Positions 1 to 6,924 of a DNA stretch of 27,646 nt are shown piece after piece. Both the position numbers and the translations under genes were made by a program. The stretch is from the IMG/VR virus record IMGVR_UViG_3300032235_000562, positions 1-27,646 of that record. The stretch is one strand, 5' to 3'. The notes below the pieces were generated by a model that did not search any database, was not told where the DNA came from, and saw only the letters and a list, made by a program, of their open reading frames with translations. This DNA is from a virus (taxonomy: Duplodnaviria > Caudoviricetes). Within the stretch, counting starts at the first letter, position 1. Every line of letters starts with the position of its first letter.

Positions 1-1
1 G

Positions 2-205
2 TTTTCTAAAATTATTGAAACTCTTGTTAAAGATAATGATGATATGAACTATATTGATGCTATAGTTTATTACTGTGAACAGAACAATTTAGAAGTTGAT
101 TCTGTTGCAAAATTGATTAGCAAACCACTTAAGGAAAAACTTAAGTGTGATGCAATTAATCTAAACTATATGAAACGAACTTCTAAAGCAAAACTATTTC
201 TATGA
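2..205 (+). CDS. gp33: late-promoter transcription co-activator gp33 (5'-truncated by window)
   Basis: My frame-2 translation is FSKIIETLVKDNDDMNYIDAIVYYCEQNNLEVDSVAKLISKPLKEKLKCDAINLNYMKRTSKAKLFL*. The YIDAIV..CE....E.....KLISKPLKEK motif is typical of gp33. The stop overlaps the gp59 start (ATGA). Confidence 0.88.
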   Translation, partial: FSKIIETLVKDNDDMNYIDAIVYYCEQNNLEVDSVAKLISKPLKEKLKCDAINLNYMKRTSKAKLFL

Positions 206-795
206 ATCCATTTGATGTTTATAAAACTTACCTTTCATTAAAGAATCATTTTAGCAAACCAAATTATGATTATATCAAATACGCAGGTAAGACTAGAGCA
301 TCATTAGAGGCATTCAATAAAAGAAAAGATAGGTATTGGTATGAAAAACTGTCTCGTCAAAAAGATGATGAGGCAGTTAAAAATTTTTTTATTGCTAACT
401 TCGTAGAAGTTGATGACCCTGGAAGACTTTGGATCGGGGAATTGACTAGGAATGGGGAAACAATATACAAGGAATGGTTAAAAAGAAATCAAAGTCTAAA
501 GTATATGTTTTCTGAACAGGCAGAGAAAATGTTGTCTGAAGTTAACTTAAATGATTTACTGGATGCTTCAAGGAAACACCCACCATTATTAAAAAAATAT
601 TTAAGTAGTCAGATATCTCCTGAGACTTTAGTAATCTTTGAAAAAATTCTCAATTATTCTAAAGATTTTGATAAGACTTTAATTGATCCAGTGTGGGAAT
701 CCGTATCATTAAAGATAAAGAAGTATTCCCCATTTCTAAATATTGATGTGAAAGAATATAAAATTATACTTAGAGATATTGTTGGAGGAGAGTAA
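202..795 (+). CDS. gp59: helicase loader gp59
   Basis: N-terminus FDVYKTYLSLKNHFSKPNYDYIKYAGK..FNKRKDRYWYEKL resembles T4-like gp59; lies between gp33 and gp32. Confidence 0.88.
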   Translation: MNPFDVYKTYLSLKNHFSKPNYDYIKYAGKTRASLEAFNKRKDRYWYEKLSRQKDDEAVKNFFIANFVEVDDPGRLWIGELTRNGETIYKEWLKRNQSLKYMFSEQAEKMLSEVNLNDLLDASRKHPPLLKKYLSSQISPETLVIFEKILNYSKDFDKTLIDPVWESVSLKIKKYSPFLNIDVKEYKIILRDIVGGE

Positions 796-1116
796 ATGTC
801 ATTTTTTGATTCAGAGATTGTTCAGCAAGAGTTAGAAGATATATCCAATTTACAATTAAAAATTGGTAAGGATATATTTAAATTTCCAACAATGACTAAG
901 GAAGAAAAGGAGAATCACATTCAAATTCTTTCAGATCTTCTAGAAAAACAACAATTACTTTATACGAGACTTAGTTTATCTGATGATCCAAAAGCAATTG
1001 AGATGAAAAATCAAGTTCAAGAATCCTCTAAATTATTGGGATTTGGCAATGCAGATATTCACTCAATCTTCAGGTCCATGAAGATGACAATCCAAAATCT
1101 CAAATCCTCCTATTGA
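796..1116 (+). CDS. conserved cyanophage hypothetical protein (DUF1825-like)
   Basis: 106-aa helical ORF MSFFDSEIVQQELEDI...LLEKQQLLYTRLSLSDDPKA; the gp59-X-gp32 position is typical of cyanomyophages. Confidence 0.72.
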   Translation: MSFFDSEIVQQELEDISNLQLKIGKDIFKFPTMTKEEKENHIQILSDLLEKQQLLYTRLSLSDDPKAIEMKNQVQESSKLLGFGNADIHSIFRSMKMTIQNLKSSY

Positions 1117-1141
1117 CAAGGATTCCCACCTATGCTATGAT
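1113..1141 (+). promoter_or_regulatory. sigma70-type promoter of gp32
   Basis: TTGACA (1113-1118), 17-bp spacer, TATGAT (1136-1141), with extended -10 TG at 1133-1134. Confidence 0.85.
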
Positions 1142-1156
1142 ACATAGGTGGGAATC
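1121..1156. repeat. perfect 14-bp inverted repeat with 8-nt loop
   Basis: GATTCCCACCTATG (1121-1134), loop CTATGATA, CATAGGTGGGAATC (1143-1156). Confidence 0.95.
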
Positions 1157-1161
1157 ATATC

Positions 1162-1195
1162 TAATCCTACTAATCCAATTAATCCGAGGTAATCC
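1162..1195 (+). repeat. four phased TAATCC direct repeats in the gp32 leader (putative translational operator)
   Basis: TAATCC at 1162, 1171, 1180 and 1190 (spacing 9, 9, 10), flanking the SD-like GAGGT at 1186-1190. Confidence 0.8.
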
Positions 1196-1197
1196 GA

Positions 1198-2103
1198 ATG
1201 TCTTTTTCCGAACTCAAGAAAAAATCTTCTCTTGGTTCTCTCACTTCTAAACTCATGAATGAAGTTGAGAAAATGAATTCTTCAGGTGGTGGTGGTTCAG
1301 ATGAACGTATCTGGAAACCTGAAGTTGACAAAGCAGGTAATGGTTTTGCTGTTATCCGTTTTCTTCCTGCCCCTGAAGGTGAAGAACTCCCTTGGGCAAA
1401 AGTCTATAACCACGCATTTCAAGGCACTGGTGGTTGGTTGATTGATAATTGCCTGACAACGGTAAATCAATCCTGTCCAGTGTGTGATGCAAACCGTGAA
1501 CTCTGGAACACGGGAAGCAAAGCAAATCAAGAAATTGTGCGTCAACGCAAACGCAAACTTTCCTATTACTCTAACATCTATGTTGTGAGTGATAAGGCAC
1601 ACCCAGAAAATGAAGGTAAGGTGTTCCTCTTCAAATACGGTAAGAAGATCTTTGATAAGATTTCTGCTGCAATGAAACCTGAGTTTGATGATGAAACTCC
1701 TATTGATCCCTTTGACTTCTGGCAAGGTGCAAACTTCAAAGTGAAGATCACTAAGAAGGATGGTTACTGGAACTATGATAAGTCTGAGTTTGATTCTCCA
1801 GGAACTCTAGGCAACTTTGATGATGATGCTCTGGAAGCAATCTGGAAAAAAGCATACTCTCTTGAAGAGTTTGTTAAACCAGATGCATTCAAATCTTATG
1901 AGCAACTGGATGCTCGTCTGAAGGCAGTTCTTGGTAAGAAACCTGTTAAGCAGGATGAGTCTTACGAGAATGAAGATGAAGGTAGTGCTCCTTCGGTGCC
2001 TAGTGATCTTCGTTCTGAACTCAATAGTCTCTCTTCAAATAAAGTCTCGGATGAGGATGAAGATGACACTCTGAGTTACTTTCAACGACTAGCAGAAGAG
2101 TGA
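1198..2103 (+). CDS. gp32: single-stranded DNA-binding protein gp32
   Basis: DERIWKP..DKAGNGFAVIRFLPAP, Zn-ligand region HAFQG..NCLTT....CPVC, KVFLFKYGKKIFDKI, acidic C-terminal tail ending YFQRLAEE. Confidence 0.97.
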   Translation: MSFSELKKKSSLGSLTSKLMNEVEKMNSSGGGGSDERIWKPEVDKAGNGFAVIRFLPAPEGEELPWAKVYNHAFQGTGGWLIDNCLTTVNQSCPVCDANRELWNTGSKANQEIVRQRKRKLSYYSNIYVVSDKAHPENEGKVFLFKYGKKIFDKISAAMKPEFDDETPIDPFDFWQGANFKVKITKKDGYWNYDKSEFDSPGTLGNFDDDALEAIWKKAYSLEEFVKPDAFKSYEQLDARLKAVLGKKPVKQDESYENEDEGSAPSVPSDLRSELNSLSSNKVSDEDEDDTLSYFQRLAEE

Positions 2104-2766
2104 TTAACGAGGGGAGATGATTCTTAAATTGTCTCCCCTTTTTGTTATATCATCTATGTATTGTGAAGAGAACCCATAAGACATAATTTCCCTCATATCA
2201 TCAATAGCAGTTTGTAAATATCTAGTTCTTAACAAGTAAATATTTCTCTTATCATCATTTATTTTAGTCTCATATTCATAATTAGAGACTGATTTAATTG
2301 GTGATATTGTTTTAGATGACTGCTCAATTTCATCATAGTATGTAAGTGAGAATTGACTATCTACGATTTTTCCACTAGGAACAATTAATCGTCCTCTATT
2401 GTCGTTATATGTAACTGTTTCCCAATGATGAACTTCAGATAATTCCTGCTCTGTGTATTTTCTAAGTAGGAAATTTTGAAACTCATAATCTGACATTGGC
2501 CATTCAGTTCTGACATTAATAATGTTATTTGAAATCAATACTATCCAATCATAAGAAGGACTTCCATAAACTTTCTCTGCAATTTGTTCTGGTCGTTCTT
2601 CACCTAAGATTTTGTATTTTGTAAATACTGTTACGTTTTTAAAAAAGTCATCACGAATCTTTGCTCTACGAAAAAGATTCTTGACTTTTACATAGTCATA
2701 AGAAGAATTTCTATCTGGTTGTTGGGACTGGTAAAGTAAGTCCGATACTTCTCTGAAATATGTCAT
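2104..2766 (-). CDS. gp53: baseplate wedge subunit gp53 (LysM-like)
   Basis: YF....., VKNLFRR, ERPEQIAEKVYGSPSYDWIVLISNNI and SNYEYE..IND.KRNIYLL motifs; adjacent to gp48. Confidence 0.88.
   Translation of the reverse strand: MTYFREVSDLLYQSQQPDRNSSYDYVKVKNLFRRAKIRDDFFKNVTVFTKYKILGEERPEQIAEKVYGSPSYDWIVLISNNIINVRTEWPMSDYEFQNFLLRKYTEQELSEVHHWETVTYNDNRGRLIVPSGKIVDSQFSLTYYDEIEQSSKTISPIKSVSNYEYETKINDDKRNIYLLRTRYLQTAIDDMREIMSYGFSSQYIDDITKRGDNLRIISPR
2109..2146 (+). terminator. intrinsic terminator of gp32, lying inside the convergent gp53 coding sequence
   Basis: AGGGGAGATGATT-ctta-AATTGTCTCCCCT stem (8 Watson-Crick pairs extended by G:U and A:U pairs) followed by TTTTGTT, just after the gp32 stop. 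Confidence 0.75.
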
Positions 2767-2767
2767 T

Positions 2768-4327
2768 TTAATTTGCTGGTTGTGCTAATGACCCTGGAGT
2801 TCCAGGTGGTAATGACTGTGGAGATGGAAATACAGGTAATTGTATTGGTCCAGCAGATCCTGTTTCTGTTGCAGTGCCAGTTTCAGTGCTTGTAGAAGAT
2901 TCTCCAGCAAATCCTGCAAAATCTATATTATCCCAACCAACAGAATCTTTATCTCCATCATAATTATCATCATACAATGGAGTAAGTTCTGTGAACGTTA
3001 ATTGAATAGTCACTGCAATTGGTTGTGAGATAACATCGGGATCATTATATGCTGCATAAAATCCATCTGGAGTGTAATTAACTACACATTGTTGCAATGC
3101 ACAAGTTTTAATTTTGACAATACTTTTTAGATCATTATCCCACCCATTACTTTCAACAGCATCACTCCTAAAGTGAATATCAAATACATTTGGAGCACCA
3201 AGGAAATATGAAGAATCTCCTCCTGTCACATTTCTTTTTGGTGCCATTCCTTTCTTGAAAAATTTAATAATCTTTCTAATTTCTGCTGCTTCTTTTTGAC
3301 TTCTTGGAGTCAGTTTAAATTGAAATCCAAAACTTCTGAGTTTTGGTCCTTGGAATAATAACTCTAAGTTTGGATTAATTGCAGTTCCAGTAATTCTAGA
3401 TCTAAATGCTTCTGGATTAATATTAATTCCAAATTTTTTCGTAATTGCTGCTGCAGCATTTAGTGTTAATAGTTGTCTTATAGTTTGATTTGCACTACCA
3501 CCAACTGTAGTCAACTGTCCAATAGCTTTCATAACGTCGTCAATAGTTCCCCCAATATTACCTTCAGCAATCTTTCCAACCCCACCGATAGCAGCACCAC
3601 CAACTAAAGCAGCAAGAGATGATAAACTATCTTCTCCCCAAGCAGTCACATTGGTTTCCGATATATCATTTGGAATTGGAAGAATAACAGTTCCAAGATG
3701 TTCTGTTGGAGTAGAAAATCTTTCTCTTGAGAATTCTTGCACTATTTTATTTGCTTGCACTTTTCCTCCCTCCAATACGTTTGGTGCTACGTATTTTCTT
3801 TGCACTATCACAACCCTATCTTGATTTTTATTCATATCAATTGGGTATTTTGCAGAGTTTAGTTTCCCTAAACTATAGTTATCTCCATAAAAATTATTGA
3901 CAGTTACATCAAATGTTCCATTATATGCAGTAGAATAAGTAGTTCCATCTCCAGATGTTGTACTTGTATCTGTTGCTGGTTGTTCTCCTGGTGGTTGTGT
4001 TGGTGGTGTTTGATCAGTGTTTCCTAATAACAATTCTTCTGCATTTGTTGCTCCTCCAACAGTTGCCGTAACAACTGATTGTCTTCTGAAGACATCAAGA
4101 CTTGCAGAAATTTTTTTTTGTTGCTCTTTGGATAATGGTGCAGTATTATCTTTTGTAAATTTATTTGTATTTAAATCCAGTGTTCCAATAGATTGAAAAT
4201 CAAATTGAGATTTTCTTTCGTATATTTGAGATACTTTTGTTTCTGGATTAACAACTATAGAATACTTTGAACCAGTTCCTCCCAGTTGAAACTCATTCTT
4301 TCCAGGTTCTCCATATGTTCCTGCCAT
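2768..4327 (-). CDS. gp48: baseplate tail-tube cap gp48
   Basis: VILPIPNDISE..V.W, INPNLELLFQGPKLRSFGFQFKLTPRSQKEA..I..IIKFFK, CALQQCVVNYTPDG and LTFTELTP motifs. Confidence 0.9.
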   Translation of the reverse strand: MAGTYGEPGKNEFQLGGTGSKYSIVVNPETKVSQIYERKSQFDFQSIGTLDLNTNKFTKDNTAPLSKEQQKKISASLDVFRRQSVVTATVGGATNAEELLLGNTDQTPPTQPPGEQPATDTSTTSGDGTTYSTAYNGTFDVTVNNFYGDNYSLGKLNSAKYPIDMNKNQDRVVIVQRKYVAPNVLEGGKVQANKIVQEFSRERFSTPTEHLGTVILPIPNDISETNVTAWGEDSLSSLAALVGGAAIGGVGKIAEGNIGGTIDDVMKAIGQLTTVGGSANQTIRQLLTLNAAAAITKKFGININPEAFRSRITGTAINPNLELLFQGPKLRSFGFQFKLTPRSQKEAAEIRKIIKFFKKGMAPKRNVTGGDSSYFLGAPNVFDIHFRSDAVESNGWDNDLKSIVKIKTCALQQCVVNYTPDGFYAAYNDPDVISQPIAVTIQLTFTELTPLYDDNYDGDKDSVGWDNIDFAGFAGESSTSTETGTATETGSAGPIQLPVFPSPQSLPPGTPGSLAQPAN

Positions 4328-4888
4328 CTATCTACCCCACACTAAATCTGAAGGAATTGGAATCTCCACTCCACCCAAATCCCGTACAAATTCTTCGATA
4401 GGTAATAGACATATGGTGTTCCATTCTCGGGTATCGAAATCTAAAAAAGGACTGCGGACTTCATTTAATAAGTATTTATGTGCTCCCTTACTAAACCTTG
4501 GAATCTTATTTTCTGCTAACGTATTTGCAATTCCAATTCGTTCTTCTGGAGAATAGTAATGTAGATTGACTGCAAAAAAATATTTCGGTTGAAACTCTAA
4601 TATAAAAGCAAGAGGATATTTGTCATAGTATGGAAGAGATCTTCTTGTCTTTGCCCTATACTCATACATCATAAGACTGAACAATTTTGGAAAGGGTCTG
4701 ACAATATTTTTGTCTCGACCACCCATAAAGTCTGCTTCGTCTTCTCGTTCTTCATTAATCAGAGAATTTGGATTGGTTTCATACTTCACAGATCTATGAA
4801 AGAAAATTTGAGATCTATACCAGTCTCTAGATTTTGTTTGATTTCCAGACTTCTGATTAATTTCTTCGAAGATTGTTCTATACGCCAA
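4328..4888 (-). CDS. gp2: DNA end-protector protein gp2
   Basis: SRDWY, YRAKT...LPYYDKYPL, VNLHYY, HKYL...V.S motifs; lies between gp4 and gp48. Confidence 0.82.
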   Translation of the reverse strand: MAYRTIFEEINQKSGNQTKSRDWYRSQIFFHRSVKYETNPNSLINEEREDEADFMGGRDKNIVRPFPKLFSLMMYEYRAKTRRSLPYYDKYPLAFILEFQPKYFFAVNLHYYSPEERIGIANTLAENKIPRFSKGAHKYLLNEVRSPFLDFDTREWNTICLLPIEEFVRDLGGVEIPIPSDLVWGR

Positions 4889-5312
4889 GATTATCCTCCG
4901 TTAATATTTGGAATGACCACTTCCTATCAGAACAAAACTCTTCTGCTGCTTTCCACTTTGCTTGATTTTTAGCAAACTCTTTCATTTCATATAACTGTTT
5001 TTGATTCACCTTCTTGGTAATCTTCGGACCTTTGACTTGTCGTTTTGGTTTAATTTCAATCAAACTTTCTTTAATAATTCCATCAGAATCTTTATATTTA
5101 ATAAAAAAGTCTGGATAATATCTATGAATTCTATTGTCTATTGGTGAGATATAAGGAATAGAAATTTCTTCTGATGACCATTTAATTATATTTTCATTTC
5201 GATCACAGTAGTTCATAAATTTTAATTCCCATAGTGATCTATAAATTATATTTTTATAATCACCGATGTATTTTTCAGAGTATGATGGTTTGAATATTCC
5301 CTTATAACTCAT
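4878..5312 (-). CDS. gp4: head completion protein gp4 (TnsA-like nuclease fold)
   Basis: YKG.FKP...EKY.GD...IIYRSLWE, WSSEE..IPY.SP.D...HRYYPDF, IEIKP, NQAKW.AA motifs. I prefer the second Met (5312) over 5330 because 5330 sits at the expected late transcription start. Confidence 0.9.
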   Translation of the reverse strand: MSYKGIFKPSYSEKYIGDYKNIIYRSLWELKFMNYCDRNENIIKWSSEEISIPYISPIDNRIHRYYPDFFIKYKDSDGIIKESLIEIKPKRQVKGPKITKKVNQKQLYEMKEFAKNQAKWKAAEEFCSDRKWSFQILTEDNLGV

Positions 5313-5336
5313 ACATATAATATAAGACACTCAAAG

Positions 5337-5344
5337 TATTTATA
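5337..5344 (-). promoter_or_regulatory. T4-type late promoter (gp55) for gp4-gp2-gp48-gp53
   Basis: Exact TATAAATA on the minus strand, about 25 nt upstream of the gp4 start. Confidence 0.8.
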
Positions 5345-5985
5345 TGGCTGTACCTAATAACCAATTACATATTGATAATTATGAGTTAATGTCTAAAATA
5401 AATCCATCATTAACTTCATTTTTTAGTGTGTATATTCTTGATGCAGTATTTGGTGAAGTAAAAAGTGATGATATCAATCTCTATGCATATGAAGCAGTTC
5501 TTCCTGGAACATCTTTTGAATTGGGACAAGTCTTTGGAGATAGACAAGGAATTACAGAACAGTATCCAAATAAAAGAATGTATCCTCCAATTGATGTAAG
5601 TTTTTATATTAATGTAGGTAATGTAAAGAGTAATACTCCATATCCAGCGATTACTTTCTTTGAAAATTGGATGCAAAGTATTTTTGAATTAAAGGGTGTT
5701 GGTGGAGATAAAAGATATGGAAGATTTAATTATCCAGACACCTACGAAAGAGAAATAGTAATCACAAAATTTGAAAGGGATTATAGAGATTCGAATGCCA
5801 GACTATCAACCACGGGAACCGCAGGAGTTCCACAGATTGAATCAAAATGCACTTATACATTAAGAAATGCATTTCCTTCTAATATAATTTCAATACCAGT
5901 ATCATATTCTCAAGCAGATATTTTGAGAACTACAATCACATTTAATTATGATTTCTATTCATATCAAAATGTTACCTATAAATAA
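5344..5985 (+). CDS. gp54: baseplate tail-tube initiator (gp54 / gp19-like fold)
   Basis: EAVLPG.SF, R.YPPIDVSFY, FFENWM, YTLRNAFP.NI.SIPVSY and TITFNYD are tube-fold motifs; divergent from gp4 and upstream of gp26. Confidence 0.7.
   Translation: MAVPNNQLHIDNYELMSKINPSLTSFFSVYILDAVFGEVKSDDINLYAYEAVLPGTSFELGQVFGDRQGITEQYPNKRMYPPIDVSFYINVGNVKSNTPYPAITFFENWMQSIFELKGVGGDKRYGRFNYPDTYEREIVITKFERDYRDSNARLSTTGTAGVPQIESKCTYTLRNAFPSNIISIPVSYSQADILRTTITFNYDFYSYQNVTYK
5977..5984 (+). promoter_or_regulatory. T4-type late promoter for the gp26 operon
   Basis: Exact TATAAATA 26 nt upstream of the gp26 ATG. Confidence 0.8.
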
Positions 5986-6010
5986 TTAAACCTGAATTGT
6001 ATATTTCAAA

Positions 6011-6742
6011 ATGCCTTTACCAAAGATTGCAACTCCAACTTATGAGTTGATTTTACCATCAAATAAAAAAACAATTAAGTATCGTCCATTCCTTGTAAAA
6101 GAAGAAAAGATTTTGATTCTTGCAATGGAGAGTGGTAATTCGGATGAGATTACTACTGCAATCAAAACTACTCTTAAGGATTGTATTCTGACAAGAGGAA
6201 TTAAAATTGATACTCTACCAAGTTTTGATATTGAATATCTATTTCTTAATATTAGAGCAAAGTCTGTTGGAGAATCTGTAGAGTTAACTATCACTTGCCC
6301 AGATGATGGTCAAACTCAAGTTGATGCCAAGGTTAATATTGATGAGATCACAGTTGTAATTCCAGATGGGCATACTTCAGAGATTGATGTTGATGGAAAC
6401 ATTGTTATCAAAATGAAATATCCATCATTACAAGAATTCATTGCCAATAATTTTGACTTTGGAACTCAAAATACTAGCAAAGAAGTTATTGACAAATCCT
6501 TTGAGGTAGTTGCATCTTGTATTGATATGGTGTATACAAAGGATGAGTCTTGGACATCAGGAGATTTGAGTAAGAAGGAGATTGTTGAGTGGTTGGAGAC
6601 AATGGACTCTAATCAGTTTAAAGGAATTGAAGAGTTCTTTGATACCATGCCTAAACTTTCTCATACTATGATGATTAAGAATCCAAAAACTGGTGTGGAA
6701 AATGAGATTGTTTTAGAAGGGTTATCAAGTTTTTTCGGATAA
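6011..6742 (+). CDS. gp26: baseplate hub assembly protein gp26
   Basis: MPLPKIATPTYEL.LPS..K.IKYRPFLVKEEKIL, FDIEYLFLNIRAKSVGE and FFDTMPKL...LEGL.SFF motifs. Confidence 0.92.
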   Translation: MPLPKIATPTYELILPSNKKTIKYRPFLVKEEKILILAMESGNSDEITTAIKTTLKDCILTRGIKIDTLPSFDIEYLFLNIRAKSVGESVELTITCPDDGQTQVDAKVNIDEITVVIPDGHTSEIDVDGNIVIKMKYPSLQEFIANNFDFGTQNTSKEVIDKSFEVVASCIDMVYTKDESWTSGDLSKKEIVEWLETMDSNQFKGIEEFFDTMPKLSHTMMIKNPKTGVENEIVLEGLSSFFG

Positions 6743-6924
6743 TGATGAGTCACGAAGACTTAGAATCTTATTATCGAATTAATTTTGCCTTGATGCAGTA
6801 TCATAAATATTCATTGACTGAAATTGAAAATATGATCCCTTGGGAGAGAGAAATATATTTAACCCTCTTGGAGAATCACATTAAAGACGAAGAAGAGAAA
6901 GCATCAAGAAAACAGAGTCTCTAA
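6742..6924 (+). CDS. gp51: baseplate hub assembly catalyst gp51
   Basis: LESYYRINFALMQYHKYSLTEIENMIPWEREIY motif, directly after gp26. Confidence 0.88.
   Translation: MMSHEDLESYYRINFALMQYHKYSLTEIENMIPWEREIYLTLLENHIKDEEEKASRKQSL

Noticed and set aside
1121-1156. Inverted repeat as a simple intrinsic terminator
   Set aside because: No U-tract on either side, and it coincides with a consensus promoter; kept as a regulatory finding instead.
1297-1725. 142-aa minus-strand ORF, and similar short ORFs at 5416, 6040, 8480, 8642, 9568, 10236, 10534, 12472, 13096, 13361, 14319, 16968, 19584, 21117, 23232, 24520, 25947, 26743
   Set aside because: All are nested in or antisense to well-supported genes and show no recognisable motifs.
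4878-5312. TnsA-like nuclease as a transposon or homing endonuclease
   Set aside because: Motifs and synteny match the core head-completion gene gp4; no transposon ends or partner genes are visible.
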